A DNA stretch of 64,000 nt, from contig OX597815.1 in NCBI GenBank assembly GCA_951406725.2, positions 118,606,001 to 118,670,000 of the forward strand, given 5' to 3'. Below, piece after piece: positions 51,401 through 64,000 of the stretch. Every line of letters starts with the position of its first letter. Position 1 is the stretch's first letter. The notes below the pieces were generated by a model. That model was not told the DNA's origin and searched no databases. It saw nothing but the letters and a program-made list of their open reading frames with translations. A program made the translations under genes and the position numbers. Source of the stretch: Octopus vulgaris. Taxonomy: Eukaryota.

Positions 51401-52134
51401 TGCACTTGGTGATGGCTGGAGGGTATATCAGCCGAAACGTTGTGTTAACAACAAACAAGATGAGGACAAATATCCGTCAAATGTAAATTATGTATATAAT
51501 TCGTCATCTCTAAAATATAGAACAAAATATGTACTAGTTGAGCACTGGGATCGATTAATTAACTTGTACCCTCCCCCATAATCGCTGACCTTGTGCCAAA
51601 ATTTGAAACCAGTTGAGTCCCTTAAAGTTAATACCTTAACCCTGATCATCAAGGCCTATGATCAAAGACATTCCAACTATGATCTCCCCGCCTTTTTGTT
51701 ACTAGGGTTGCATATGCAAATGAATCCTTCTGTTGTCTTTTTTAAGACGACATGGAAAATGATCATAGAGAGATTTTGCTGCTGTTTCTAACAGGTCGAA
51801 CTTCTCTTGTTGAGGCAAAGATTGCTCGAGTTTTACTAGGTGGTCATATTTTTTTTGGAAATCTCTGTAGCTTTCTGTGGGACATTCATTGCCTTTAGAG
51901 ATGAAACACTTCCTGCTGGTCTTTTGGATAACCTGTTAAATGAAATTGCTCAATTTAATACGTTCTCTGACCGTGTTTCAGGCAATCTGAATAAACATTT
52001 TCCATACTGACAGTATCACATGACATTTCAAGGCTCAGTAGTTATGAGATTCAGCATTAACATAATAGTTCTCGTTCAATTTCCTTTATTATCATTAGAC
52101 GTAGTTTTTTAAGTTGTGTTATTCAGACCTTAAT

Positions 52135-52191
52135 TGTCGTTGCTGTTGCTGTTGCTATTGCTGTTGCTATTGCTATTATTGTTGTTGTTGT

Positions 52192-52223
<32 letters not shown>

Positions 52224-52253
52224 TTGTTGTTGCTGCTGCTATTGTTGTTGTTG
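52135..52253. repeat. (TTG/CTG)n microsatellite
   Basis: Seen directly. Confidence 0.95.
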
Positions 52254-52309
52254 AGGTTTTTACTTCAGCAACTCTTTAGCAGTTGTTCATGGTATTGGTA
52301 TATTCTTTT

Positions 52310-53057
52310 CTACTCTAGGCACAAGGTCAGGAATTTTGGGGGAGTGGGGGCAGTCGATTAGATCGACACCAGTACGCAACTGGTAGTTAGTTTATCGACC
52401 CCGAAAGGATGAAAGGCAAAGTCGACCTCAGCGGAATTTGAACTCAGAACGCAAACCTATTTCTTTACTACCCACAAGGGGCTAAACACAGAGAGGACAA
52501 ACAAGGACAGACAAACGGATTAAGTCGATTACATCGACCCCAGTGCGTAACTGGTACTTATTTAATCGACCCCGATAGAATGAAAGGCAAAGTCGACCTC
52601 GGTGGAATTTGAACACAGAACGTAAAGACAGACGAAATACCTATTTCTTTACTACCCACAAGGGGCTAAACACAGAGAGGACAAACAAGGACAGACAAAC
52701 GGATTAAGTCGATTACATCGACCCCAGTGCGTAACTGGTACTTATTTAATCGACCCCGATAGAATGAAAGGCAAAGTCGACCTCGGTGGAATTTGAACAC
52801 AGAACGTAAAGACAGACGAAATACCTATTTCTTTACTACCCACAAGGGGCTAAACACAGAGAGGACAAACAAGGACAGACAAACGGATTAAGTCGATTAC
52901 ATCGACGCCAGTGCGTAACTGGTACTTATTTAATCGACCCCGATAAAATGAAAGGCAAAGTCGACCTCGGTGGAATTTGAACTCAGAACGTAAAGACAGA
53001 CGAAATACCGCTAAGAATTTCGCCTGGCGTACTAACGATTCTGCCAGCTCGCCGCCT
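52310..53057 (-). mobile_element. SINE family B with one head and four tandem copies of a 184-bp body
   Basis: cccga anchor at 52400, 52571, 52755 and 52939; head at 53057. Confidence 0.92.
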
Positions 53058-53997
53058 TCATGCTATTAGTATATTGTTGGTAAAATCAGCAGGGAGCTGA
53101 CCGAATCGTTAGAACGTCAGGGAAAATGAAAATGCTCTGAGGTATTTGTTCTGGCTTTTTACATTCTGAGTTCGAATCCCACTGAGGTCAACTTTGCCTT
53201 TCATCTTTCCAGGGTCGAGAAAATAAAGTACCAGTGAAGCACTAGGGTCGAGGTAGTTGATTAACGCTCTCTCCCAAATTTTAGGCCTTACACCTATATT
53301 AGAATTGATTACTATTGTTGTTGGTGGTGGTGGTAGTGGTGGTGGTGATGCTACTGCTGCTGTTGTTGCTGTTGCAGCTGGTATTTAGTTCTAAGTCAGC
53401 ACTGACTGAGTATGACTCTAATGAAAAACTTTGGTCATCTCGACTTCTGTTCCGACGTACTTCTGCTATAATTACATTTTCCAATGTATTTATAGCATTT
53501 TAAGACTAAACCATGATTTGAGGAAATCTTGCCTACTGTTTCCTAGCAAACGAAGCCACCATGATGGCTCCAACAGTGCTGACAATATGAAGATAGTTCT
53601 GTCCGTAGTTATCCTGCATAGAACAATAGACCTTCAAACACGTTTTTTTTTTTACTAATCAATTGTCGTTTAATTGTTGAGAAGCTCTTAGTAAAATCAC
53701 TTTGAATCTATTTTCCTTGCATAATAACAGTAACCGTAAAAATGAAACCTGGCAAGATATTTCAGACGTTTCAAGGTTACACTGTTGTTGTCTGTCATTC
53801 GTTATTAACACTTAAATAAACTGGTAATTTTGTGAGTGAGCGTGCTATGAGGGCAATTTGATATGATGGCGAAAGTTATAGTTATGACAAGTTACAATCG
53901 AGTGTCTCATACAGGTGCACTATGACATTTCTCACGTGGAAATGTTATTTGACAAATATGCCAAAATGTTTTTGTCAATGTCATGAAGCCAGGTTAC

Positions 53998-53998
<1 letters not shown>

Positions 53999-54051
<53 letters not shown>

Positions 54052-54117
54052 TAATAATAATGATAATGATGATGATGATGATGATTATGATGATGATGAT
54101 GATGATGATGGTGATGG

Positions 54118-54169
<52 letters not shown>
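53999..54169. repeat. (AAT)n/(GAT)n microsatellite
   Basis: Seen directly. Confidence 0.95.
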
Positions 54170-54171
<2 letters not shown>

Positions 54172-54399
54172 CTTTTATTGGCCACAAGGGCCCAAGATAT
54201 GGCGGACAATTGCAGAGGACGAGATGTAAAATAATAAATCAATTAAAGTTGTAAAAGATTGTAAAAGTTTTACCCTGGAAATTGCTAGAAATGGGGATTT
54301 AAAGCTGGAAACACGTGGTACAATCACCCAGTGAAAAGAGTTCTTGAGTCGGAGAAATATAAGATTTTGTAGCACTTACCTATTCAAAAGGACAAGAAG

Positions 54400-54812
54400 C
54401 TAGAAAATTATAAGCCGGACATAACAATTATAGATAAGGAAAAGCGAAGTTGCTTGCTGATCAATCTATCATTCCCGTTTGATTCCAGGATCGTAAAGAA
54501 AGAGGACGAGAAAAAGAATACAATCCCTTAAAATTTGAAATAGAAGAGGTTGGAGCATGTGAACAGTAAAGGTCGTGCCTTTAATAATTGGTGCATTGGG
54601 AACAGTAAGCAAAGATATAGACAAATGATTGAAGGAGATTGGGATAGAATACCCGGTAGAAAGTTTATCTCTTAGAGACAGCAAGGATTATTAGGAGGGT
54701 TCTAAGCACTAGAAAGACTACTGAAAACTTGTGGATACCTAAGGTTACATGTAGTAACCCGCTACCCACATAAATCCTACCGGGAATAAGACCGAACCTG
54801 AGCCAAACCAAA
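54400..54812 (+). mobile_element. 3' remnant of an R4/Dong-like non-LTR retrotransposon (restriction-like endonuclease)
   Basis: KPDITIIDKEKRSCLLINLSFPFDSRIVKKEDEK..VVPLIIGALGTVSK..TARIIRRVL; runs directly into (TAA)n. Confidence 0.8.
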
Positions 54813-54882
<70 letters not shown>

Positions 54883-54893
54883 TGATGATGATG

Positions 54894-54944
<51 letters not shown>

Positions 54945-55010
54945 GTAATAATAATAATAATAGTAATAATAATAATAGTAATAATAATAATAATAATAGT
55001 AATAATAATA

Positions 55011-55084
<74 letters not shown>
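54813..55084. repeat. (TAA)n microsatellite with GAT/TAG variants
   Basis: Seen directly. Confidence 0.95.
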
Positions 55085-55086
<2 letters not shown>

Positions 55087-55509
55087 TTTCAAATGTTGGC
55101 ACAATCATACAATTTCCTAAAAAGAACAAGTGTCCAGCTTCTAGAAATTTGCTGTTGTTGAAAACAGCATAAAACTATTGGTAGAAATATTGCAGTAAAT
55201 GCTAAGCAGTAAACAATCTCGAATGAGAAAGTAAACTTACTATCCAAAACAGGGAAAAGATTTGTTTGAAGAGATGGGCATACTGGGAAAGAAAACTACA
55301 TGTAAAATTACAAGCGAAGAAAGTGCAAATAGACGAGAAATATGAATTTAGGCAGTATTTCAAATCTTCAAATGGGTGATGCTGGAGATTCTTCAGAAGA
55401 CATTGTTTAGTTCTACTCCAGAAAACAAAATTATCACAGAATCTTTCCTCGGAGTTGGATACAAAGATTGTGTTATTTCACAACTGTAAATTCAAAGCAA
55501 GAAACCAAG

Positions 55510-55875
55510 CGTGAATGTGGTAAGAAATGTGCTCCCCAACCATATGGTTATGGGTTCAGTTCCACTGAGTGGCTCGTTGGGCAAGTGCTTTTTACTATTG
55601 CCTTGGACTAACCAAAGCCTTTTAAAAGGATTTGGTAGACGAAAACTGAAAGAAAAAAGCCTCTGTGTGTGCGTGCGTGTGTGTGTGTTCCTCGCCACCG
55701 CTTCGCAACTGATGTTGGTGTGTTTAGACTTAGCGGTCTAGCAAAAGACATCGATAAAATAAGAAACGGGCTTTAAAATAATAAGTACTGGAGTTGATTC
55801 ATTCGACTAAGAAGCCTTCAAAGCGGTGCTCCAGCATGGCCGCGGTCTAATGACTAAAACATGTAAGTGATAAAG
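55510..55875 (+). mobile_element. SINE family A
   Basis: Similarity to the 9562 copy. Confidence 0.82.
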
Positions 55876-56231
55876 ATAAGCTAAAAGATAACTTTGAACT
55901 GTGTCAAATTGGAAAGACGGATAAAGCATATATTTTTTTCTTCTCTCGTGTGCCATGGAACAGACCTCTGGATGAAATAGGAAATCAAACAATCTTTGTC
56001 AGATGAACAGGACAAAAGAGAAAAGAAGCATTTTATTGCAGTTTCGTTTTGCTTAGCAAATATGAAATGAAACTCAGTCCCGATCTTTTATTTTTTACTT
56101 GATTCAGCCACTGGAATGTTGCGATGCTGGAGTATCGCCTTGAAAATTTGTAGTCGAGCAAATCAGCCCTTTTTACTTATGGTAATTCCATGTGGTTTGA
56201 AAACTGCTTTGATTTTGATTCTAACAAATCA

Positions 56232-56726
56232 TTTAACACTTTAGCATTCAGATTATTCTGTCAAACATAATGTTTATTTATTCAAATTGGTTTGAATTAA
56301 TCATGCATTATCTCATTGCTTCTAGATTTCAGTGACGTGTTAGTATATTTTAGTATATTTTTAGAATAAGGCGGCGAGCTGGCAGAAACGTTAGCAGGCT
56401 GGGCGAATTGCGTAGCCGTATTTCGTCTGTCGTTACGTCGTGAGTTCAAATTCCGCCGAGGTCGTCTTTGCCTTTCATCTTTTCGGGATCGATAAATTAA
56501 GTACCAGTTACGCACTGGAGTCGATGTAATCGACTTAATCCGTTTGTCTGTCCTTGTTTGTCCCCTCTATGATTAACCCCTTGTGGGCAATAAAAAAATA
56601 TATATTTTAGTATATTTTTATAATGACATTGTATGGTAGGTGTGAGAGACTGAATTTGGTCAGTTTATACATAAAAAACGTAGAATATTTGGGCCTGATA
56701 TGGCCAGTTTAAATGCTAAAGGGTTA
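56232..56726. mobile_element. piggyBac-type MITE interrupted by a family B SINE (56370-56597) with apparent target-site duplication
   Basis: ttaacactttagcatt / aatgctaaagggttaa ends; a tatattt(t)tagtatattttta motif on both sides of the SINE. Confidence 0.75.
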
Positions 56727-57293
56727 AGGACGAGTTTAGTACATCATGGGTAGCGTTTGATGAAGCGGAAATAACAGCAGGAAGTATTCTATAAAACAAA
56801 AAAAAAAGTCTGACCTTGTTGAGTTTTGAAAAGCTATACCTAAACAAATGGTTTCCACACGATCTTAAAGATTGACATCAGTGAAAATTTAAATGCCAGA
56901 AGATAACCTGCTGTGGAAGGATCGCCATGTAGCCATAGATACAATTGTTTCAAAAGTCATGAGATATAGGATGGGACATTTGTGATAGACTGAAATCAAG
57001 AACAATCGCTCGAGTTATTTAAAATGGATCAAACTTTGAGGGGAATTTAAGGGATGAACTCATTTTATAAGCAATGACCTTTTTTCTTTAACCTGTGCTA
57101 CAACCTTCGTTAAATTGTTTTGAATGAAATGTTAATGACTCCAAATAGGAACCATGCCAACTTCAGCGTTTAAGTTTTACTATCTTCTTTTATCTTTATC
57201 TTTTACTTATTTCATAAGACTGTGGCTATGCTTGAATTTTAGTCGATCAAATCAACTCAAGTACTTTTTAAAGCCTGATACTTTTTCAATCAG

Positions 57294-57560
57294 TGGAGGC
57301 ACATGACCTAGTGGTTAGAGCAGCGGACTCGCGATCGCGGGTTCGAATCTCAGACCGGGCGATGTGTGTGTTTATGAGCGAAACTCCTAAGCTCCATGCG
57401 GCTCCGGCAGAAGGTAACAGACTCTTTCGCCATAACTTTCTTTCACTTTTTCCTGCTGCATCTTGCAGCTCACCTGTGTCGGACCGGCGTCCTGTCCATG
57501 TGGGGGACCTATACGCCAAGGAAACCGGCCCTTATGAGCCAGGCATGGCTTGAGAAGGAA
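57294..57560 (+). mobile_element. tRNA-derived SINE (third family)
   Basis: tgacctagtggttagagc A box and gggttcgaatc B box; related to 34880-35090. Confidence 0.75.
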
Positions 57561-57636
57561 CAAACAAAAAAAAAACTTATTCAATCAGTATTTTCGTTAA
57601 GTTACACACACACACACACACACCTACACACACTCA

Positions 57637-58358
57637 CAGGGTGGGGCAGAGTGGAGGGACGTTTTTGAAAAATTCACAAAATCATTAATTTTAGTTGCAA
57701 ACAAATTTTATTGACATCAATGTGTTCGTATTGAATTAGCATTTGTCAAAATCAAGTGTGGGAAACAATATCTATCATGTGATGTCCGTTTCCATCGATG
57801 CATGGTGTTCTTGGAAGTTGATCTCCATTCTCTCCAGTATTGCTCTGTGCATAGTCTCATGGTTTAACTGTTGCCCAATGACCAATTTGTACAGGTGGAA
57901 TTGCAGGTCTTCATACAAAATACACCTTACCGATCGATTACCGATGTCAAATCCAGTGGAATGTCCCCGAGCAGATCGATTCGGAATCCGAATCAAAGCT
58001 TGTCTGACGTGTTCTACATTTTCCGGATCCGTACTGTTCGTGGCGCCCCCACCGGTATCCTATTCATTAGTGTACCTCGTGTACGAAGTGCATTCCCCCA
58101 ACGTAAGACTGATTTCGGTGAATGTTGAAGTGGCGCTGAAACTCACGTTGAACTGCTGCGACAGATTCGTTAGTCTTCACGTTACTGTCGTAGACAAACA
58201 CACGATGCTCTATCGTACACAGCGCCATAGCTTTACCTGAAATGAAAAAATAAAGACATACTAAGACATCACAGACCGAATGTTACCTGTCGGACATATG
58301 TCCCTACCCCTGAGGCTGAGTAATAGCCATTTCAAAAACGTCCGTCCCTCCTGTCCTC
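57637..58358 (-). mobile_element. Internally deleted Tc1-like DNA transposon
   Basis: TIRs ggagggacgtttttgaaa / tttcaaaaacgtccgtccctcc; HTH remnant SVAAVQREFQRHF..RTPENVEHVRQALIRIPNRSARGHS..SVRCILYEDLQFHLYK. Confidence 0.82.
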
Positions 58359-58359
58359 A

Positions 58360-58446
<87 letters not shown>

Positions 58447-58556
58447 AAAGTCAAAATGCGATAAAATAAAATTAATTATTATCGCTGGTGATCTAGCACA
58501 GGCCATATATTATTCATATATAAGTACATTAAAAGGCTTCTAAAAGAAGAAGTGTG

Positions 58557-58714
58557 TACTAGATACACAAAAGCTGGATAAATTTAGTGAAATGAAAATC
58601 AAAAACGTTTACAAACTTGGTTCATCTTATACTTAAACTGCAGTATAAGATGAACCAAGTTTGTAAACGTTTTTAATTTTCATTTCATAAATTTATCCAG
58701 CTTTTGTGTATCTA

Positions 58715-58717
<3 letters not shown>
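58557..58717. repeat. Near-perfect 160-bp palindrome next to (TA)n
   Basis: tactagatacacaaaagctggataaattt..ttggttcatcttatac / gtataagatgaaccaa..aaatttatccagcttttgtgtatctagta. Confidence 0.92.
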
Positions 58718-58772
<55 letters not shown>

Positions 58773-59191
58773 GTGTGCGTGTGTATGTATGTATATGTAT
58801 ATATATATGTATATATATTGATGTGTCTGGAGAGAGTAATTCAGTTTTAATGTCATATATATATATATGCATGCACATATGCAACGGGTTTCTTTCAGTT
58901 TCAGTCTACTAAATCTACTCACAAGGCTTTAATCGGCCCGAGTTTGTAGTAGAAGACACTTGGGCAAGGTGTCACACAATGAGACTGAATCCGGTACCAT
59001 GTGGTTCGGAATCAAAATTCTTACCATAACACCACTAGGCTACATTTTTTTTAGTTTTTAGGGTTTTGCGTTTTGTTACAAAATTTGCAGTGATATTTCG
59101 TTTGTTTCGTTAGAAAATATTAATTTAACTATGGTTGTACATGGGTTGCATTATAGAAGAGGATAAAATACATGTTGAACGTCATTTCTAA

Positions 59192-59513
59192 AGACTCCGC
59201 CGGTTACGACGACGAGGGTCCCAGCTGATACGATCAACGGAACAGCTTGCTCGTGAAATTAACGTGCAAATGACTGAGCATTCCACAGACACGTGTACCC
59301 TTAACGTAGTTCTCGGGGATAATCAGCGTGACACAGAGAGTGACAAGGCTGACCCTTTGAAATACAAGTACAACTCATTTTTGCCAGCTGAGTGGACTGG
59401 AGCAACGTGAAATAAAGTGTCTTGCTCAAGGACACAACGCATCGCCGGGAATCGAACTCACAACCTTACGATCATGAGCCGAATGCCCTAACCACTAAGC
59501 CACGCGCCCTCAC
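59192..59513 (-). mobile_element. tRNA-derived SINE (fourth family), full length
   Basis: gtggcttagtggttaggg A box, gagttcgattccc B box, tgtgtccttgagcaagacact core; decayed relatives near 5300-5470, 7200-7340 and 27050-27320. Confidence 0.85.
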
Positions 59514-60314
59514 GTTGAACGTCATATTATATTCGCGTTAACATTGTACATCAGTAAATACGAATAGAGTTTTAACCGAAATTTCCACCAAATGTCAGCT
59601 GAAGGTCATGAAATTTAAAATGAAGTTATATTCCAAATAGCAAATCTTACTTGAAGTTACCGTTTCAAATATCTGAAAGAACTAATGCTAAAGTAAATAT
59701 TTTCTTTTCAAAATACTTGGTAAAATTTAAACAGAAGATTTCACTCAAAGTTCTCTTTTATTTGCTAACATGGATGTTTGCAAATGAAAATCTAAATGTC
59801 TACGGGACGTTCATATACACTCTGAAGAAATGTTCTTATATTATAAAGTCTCATTTGAAGACTTATTCTTTATGTTAAACCCAAAGACAGAACTTAGTTG
59901 ATATACTTTCTCAAGCTTCAGGCTACAGAATTAAATAAAAGCTTTGCTTTTTGAGGGATATATTTTCTGGGATCCGGACAAACACCCCGTAGGACAAAAG
60001 CCCCTAAAACAAAACCCCTTAGTTAAAGTGTGAAAGCGGACAAAACCTCTTTGGTTATATTTTTTGGTTATTTTCTGTTTTTTATATTTTCTAAAAATTT
60101 TCTAAAGTTTTTTTACTTGTTTCAGTCATTGGACTGCGGCCATGCTGGGACACCAGCATTTTCATGATCACAAACCTCTATCACTTGTAACTTGCTCTTT
60201 TGAGTTTAGAGGCTGAAATACCACCTCAGATTTTATGGTACACATTATCTAGAAGGTTTTGTGGGTAAGCACTTCCAATTTATACCAGTTTCATCAGCAT
60301 TGTGATGAAGGAGT

Positions 60315-60733
60315 GGCGCAGGAGTGGCTGTGTGGTAAGTAGCTTGCTTACCAACCACATGGTTCCGGGTTCAGTCCCACTGCGTGGCATCTTGGGCAGG
60401 TGTCTTCTGCTATAGCCCCGGGCCGACAAATGCCTGTTGAGTGGATTTGGTAGGCGGAAACTGAAAGAAGCCTGTCGTATATATGTATATATATATATAT
60501 ATATGTGTGTGTGTATGTGTGTGTGTTTGTGTGTGTGTGTTTGTTCCCCTAGCATTGCTTGACAACCGATGCTGGTGTGTTTACGTCCCCGTCACCTAGC
60601 GGTTCGGCAAAAGAGACCGATAAAATAAGTACTGGGCTTACAAAGAATTAGTCCCGGGGTCGATTTGCTCGACTAAAGGCGGTGCTCCAGCATGGCCGCA
60701 GTCAAATGACTGAAACAAGTAAAGAGTAAAGAG
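60315..60733 (+). mobile_element. SINE family A, full length
   Basis: Near-identical to 9562-9972. Confidence 0.92.
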
Positions 60734-61611
60734 TATTGTAAATATTATCTGGTGTTAAAGCATAGTACTCAATTATTTTTTTTAATTTTTCACAATAAAT
60801 TGACGTAGTTCACCTGAAATTGCTAATTGCCGTATGCCCCCTTGTGATGATATTCAACTTTTTCTTTAGAGTCTTTGCTTTGGCAATTAGCGTTGGTCCT
60901 GATAGTTCTTTACCTTCATTTCGCTTCGATCAAAACAATTCATGTAATATTTTATCGAACTCAAATTTGCTTTGGTCCATGAAGGAACCTTCTTTTGATT
61001 TGTCTTCTTTTATTCTCAGAGAGAGGAGCAGCATTCAATATTTCCTCCCTGTTCTTTTTCATGTAGAACAATGTGCTCCTTCCAATCTTATAATCTTTCA
61101 ATATATCACTATTTGCAATTCCTGTATCTAATTTTTCTACAATTTGACGTTTTTTGAGTAACGTTAGTGTAACTTGTTTTCATTTAGAATCATATGCCAT
61201 TATTACACTATTTTCAATACAATAAGGTAGTCTGAAAACAAATAGAATATACAGTCAATGGGAATTATCATTAGTTAACCTACTTCAATTGCACAACACC
61301 TAGATTAGTATTTCAGTACAATACCTGACTAAGAGTATTTAAAGTGTCTCACTGCAACTCTGCATCGAATATACAAATAAAATTTGAATTATGAAGAAGT
61401 CCAAATTAGAGGAGGTCTACTGTACATAATTATTGGATCCTAGACATTTTTAGCACAAAACTATCTTCAAACATGCCTCAGGTTTGCAAGGTGAAAATTG
61501 TAATATACGGTCGTTATAATTTTTTTTAAGGTAGCGAAAGATCAAGCTTTTTGCTCTTAATTCAACAAAAGTTTTTATAAGTTTATAACTAATATGCTTA
61601 GACAATGATAA

Positions 61612-61850
61612 GGCGGCGAGCTGGCAGAATCGTTAGCATGGCGGGCGAAATGCTTAGCGGCATTTTGTCCGTTTTCACGTTCTAAGATCAAATTCCACTG
61701 AGGTCGACAATGCCTTTCGTCCTTTCGGGAATTGATAAAAATAAGTATTAGTTGAAAACAGGGGTCGATGTAATCGACTTACCTACTCCTCCGGAACTGT
61801 TGGCTTACCCACTCCTCCGGAACTGTTGGCCTGGCGTCAAATTTTGAAAC
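61612..61850 (+). mobile_element. SINE family B
   Basis: Head and core as at 10640. Confidence 0.85.
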
Positions 61851-62235
61851 CAATGTTTAGACAACATAAAGTAACTTGGTCCTTACTTCTACATAAAGAA
61901 AAAGAAATGCGTGTTGAAAGGGCTCATAATGACTTGTTTTAATATTGTACTGGTATTTCATCAGCAACAGAGTACCCTCTTTACTGTTCCTGGAGATACT
62001 GCTTATGAGCCGACTGCCACAAAGAGATTTAGTAAGTTGCATGCAAGGTAGTTCAGGCTGCCAGTTCGCTTAAGAAATTATTGGAGCGTTAACTGGTATT
62101 TTGAGTCAATGAATGCTGTAACGTCCATGCATAATGTTGGCCTTAGACATTAAAACTTCTTTTCTCTCTCTCTCTCTTTTCACCCTCTCACTCTTTTCCC
62201 CATTCTCTCTTTATACGTACACATCTGTGTATGCA

Positions 62236-62265
62236 TATACATACATACATACATACATACATACA

Positions 62266-62299
<34 letters not shown>

Positions 62300-62428
62300 C
62301 ATATATATACATACACACATACACACATACATACATACATACATACATACATACATACATACATACATACATACATACATACATACATACACACATACAT
62401 ACATACATACATACATACATACATACAT
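62236..62428. repeat. (CATA)n microsatellite
   Basis: Seen directly. Confidence 0.95.
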
Positions 62429-62965
62429 GGTGGCTGCCCCCTCGTTATCGAGTATGGCCATTGCACGAAGCTTAATCAATGTTGTCATCGTGCAATGCCT
62501 GTGCAAGAAGATTTTTTTTTTAAGTGAGGAAAGGCTGTGTACTGAGTCAATCCCACTCACTAAGCAACAGCAGCCATAATCCGAAAAGAAGAACAAGTCA
62601 ACATCATCGGTAACCACTGAGCCGCAGGTTTTTATGTCGGAGTTATCCCAGTTACCTGAGTACCTTCTCCTAGAAGGATGCCCTAACAAAGGCTAGGAGT
62701 ACTTCACTCCCAATGGTTTAACCGCGCGATCGGGGTATTCAGTCCGATTATTTTTATGTCCCCGCGCATGATACAGCCTTCAGACATTTATTGGATGGCC
62801 GTTGACTCTCAAGAGTTCCTCCTCCCTTTGACGAGTTTTGTTTTTCAGCCGCATGGTGTCCAATAAACACCCTTCTCACCAAGCAAGCTTGGTGGGGTTG
62901 CCGGTTTAGTCGCCAACGACCCGACCATGCAACAGGTTGTACTGGGTTACATGTTAGTAGTAGCA
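62429..62965 (-). mobile_element. Probable 5' UTR of an RTE-like LINE
   Basis: GC-richer block with a gggcatccttctaggagaagg..aaaacct motif resembling RTE leaders; no recognisable coding part. Confidence 0.35.
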
Positions 62966-62989
62966 CTCGAAAATGACCTGACATATACA

Positions 62990-63568
62990 CACACATTCAG
63001 TCAAAATCTTGGTGTTTGGAGTTATCACTAGTGATGGTGATGTTATGATTCCATTTATCTTCCCACACGGCCTCAGACTCAACACGGAGGCCTACATCAA
63101 GTGCCCGCAGGAGGTAATGTTGTCCTGGATCAAGAGGGTGGCTACTAGAAGACCCTGTGTCTTGCATGTCTGGCAACAGGATTCTGCGTCATGTCACACA
63201 AGCAGGAAAACCCAGTCACGGCTGTCGAACAATTTCTGCGACTATATAACCACTAACATTTAGCCACCTAACTCCCCAGACTGCATTTTGTGCGAGGCGC
63301 AGTTGAGCGACAGACCAACAAAACTCCCTGTAACACGAAAGTTGAACTGAAAGCAAGGATCATTGCAGCATTCAGCAACTTAAACAAGGAGACCATCCAG
63401 AAGTCGTCTGGAGGCTGTGAAGCCAATGGTGATTTTATGGAATAAATTTAGCGTTTAGTATTTCGAGAAATTTTTATGTAATTTTGGTAAATGTATCTGT
63501 TAAAATGAGATGACAGTGTTCTTTTCGTTTTTGCGTAATTTAGACTACAATATATTCACCGAACCCTG
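62990..63568 (+). mobile_element. 3' half of a maT/DD37D-like Tc1/mariner element
   Basis: VFGVITSDGDVMIPFIFPHGLRLNTEAYI..WQQDSASCHTSRKTQ..PPNSPDC; TIR-like end ttcaccgaaccctg. Confidence 0.85.
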
Positions 63569-63876
63569 TTTGTGTGGTTATGTAAGTACAGTCACTAACA
63601 AACAAAACTTCTAAGTTAGAACTGTTACCGGTTTTTTATGTGATTGATTGCATATATGCAGGTGTATACGCCTACACTTAAAAAAGTGTGTGAAGACATT
63701 TCTGAAAGACTTCCGCCCATCCCTCACGCCAATTTCTCCAAAATTTGTTTATCTAATTTTTTTTTGCCAAAAAACCCCGTTTTCGGACTCGGAGGTTCCG
63801 GAAAATTGCCAAAAATCGGCATTGTTAAATTTTTTCCTCTCCCCACAATTCTTCAATTTTAACTTTTTCCCCAACA

Positions 63877-63905
63877 CTAACCCTAACCCTAACCGTAACC
63901 GTAAC
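63877..63905. repeat. Short (CCCTAA)-like array inside a probable DNA-transposon/MITE end
   Basis: ctaaccctaaccctaaccgtaaccgtaac. Confidence 0.6.
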
Positions 63906-64000
63906 TCCAGAAATATTTTGAAATTTTTGTCCGAATCATAATGTCCGTATTTTTCCGCATATTTAAAAAGAAAAAAAATTACAAAAATTTTTTGAAAAGT

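Noticed and set aside
52340-53000. CRISPR-like array
   Set aside because: Eukaryotic SINE tandem with no unique spacers
62850-62960. HDV-like ribozyme in the putative RTE leader
   Set aside because: Could not assign P1-P4 and the nested pseudoknot by eye
63877-63905. Telomere
   Set aside because: Only about five degenerate units, internal to a repeat

Overview
AT-rich, microsatellite- and SINE-dense animal genomic DNA. The repeat families and the gene point to an octopus (coleoid cephalopod); this taxon call is an inference. The only intact protein-coding gene is a minus-strand innexin (gap-junction channel). Its main coding exon is 19417-20581, and the ORF-track start MFFFLYR is intron sequence. 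The real start codon appears to be split: a distant first exon ends in AAAAC-AT at 43534, and the G comes from the next exon. The 23-kb leader intron holds three candidate phase-2 microexons of 12, 6 and 3 nt, each starting with G. Together they could add any number from 0 to 7 residues to the pore-lining N-terminus, and a separate ATG-GG exon offers another start. Penelope-type repeat remnants carry several hammerhead-ribozyme motifs, including two sequence-unrelated ones with a rearranged (non-circularly permuted) strand order and a tRNA-promoter plus hammerhead unit. The rest is decayed RTE and R4/Dong LINEs, Tc1/mariner and piggyBac-type elements, foldback palindromes, SINEs and microsatellites. 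All splicing and ribozyme calls are by-eye predictions, and repeat boundaries are approximate.
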